DNA from: Candidatus Parabacteroides intestinavium
GTDB lineage: Bacteria; Bacteroidota; Bacteroidia; Bacteroidales; Tannerellaceae
Length of the DNA stretch: 35,506 bases
NCBI GenBank assembly: GCA_019118725.1
Contig: DWYO01000326.1
Span: 1 to 35,506, forward strand
Direction of reading: 5' to 3'
A program made the position numbers and the translations under genes. Below, piece after piece: positions 35,248 through 35,506 of the stretch (the first letter of the stretch is position 1; every line of letters begins with the position of its first letter). Under the pieces are notes generated by a model. It saw only the letters and a program-made list of their open reading frames with translations, searched no databases and was not told the origin of the DNA.

Positions 35248-35506
35248 CCAGAGAATCTGTAAATTCGCGGAAAAAGAGTCCGATGCTTTGTTTGCATCAC
35301 AGCGGTGATAAAGGCTTTACTCGAGTGATGCAAACAAAACAAGCCATTGAATAAGTTGCTCTCGCATGCCTTAAGCCCAAATCGGTCATTAGACTTTGGG
35401 TAGATTGCCCCCTTATGTCTTGCGGATTGCTTTTCGGCTTGCAGAAGGCGTAGCGGGCTACGTCGAGGCAAGTCGGGAAGCAAGATGCTGGCAGAAGGGG
35501 CAAAAT
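35245..35506. mobile_element. Non-autonomous MITE/REP-like composite insert after ftsW (may run past the window end)
   Basis: Perfect 14-bp IR 35287-35300 / 35325-35338; 34-bp segment shared with 10399-10432; second long hairpin 35405-35503; no credible ORF. Confidence 0.6.

Noticed and set aside
35244-35503. Two short minus-strand ORFs after ftsW
   Set aside because: They span palindromic repeat DNA and show no transposase or other motifs

Overview
Chromosomal window from a Bacteroidales bacterium, most likely Parabacteroides-like (inferred from the DUF6383-type surface protein, TAnnTTTG promoters and gene order). From left to right it carries: a small outer-membrane beta-barrel gene; an ECF sigma / membrane anti-sigma operon flanked by two DUF4252 genes; a NigD-like lipoprotein; porX; a phosphate cluster (PlcP/LpxH-like phosphoesterase, glycosyltransferase, ppk1, ppx, and a convergent Na/Pi cotransporter); a ThrRS-N-terminal-like/uridine kinase fusion; a 1442-aa DUF6383-type surface glycoprotein; a GH78-like glycosidase; rprY-rprX; a small TPR gene; topA; and the start of the dcw cluster (rsmH-ftsL-ftsI-murE-mraY-murD-ftsW, with no adjacent mraZ). 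I found no transposase, integrase, tRNA, rRNA or CRISPR array. The most striking non-coding signal is the ~385-nt leader of the surface-protein gene, which looks like a two-state RNA switch: two hairpins with complementary ~31-nt loops, a terminator-like hairpin with a U8 tail, and a perfect 12-bp anti-start-codon helix. The same protein carries a ~400-aa out-and-back coiled-coil insert. Also notable are a candidate phosphate-starvation lipid-remodelling operon with an 11-bp-periodic operator, and several families of intergenic palindromic or MITE-like elements. All family calls come from motif recognition by eye; no searches or folding programs were run.
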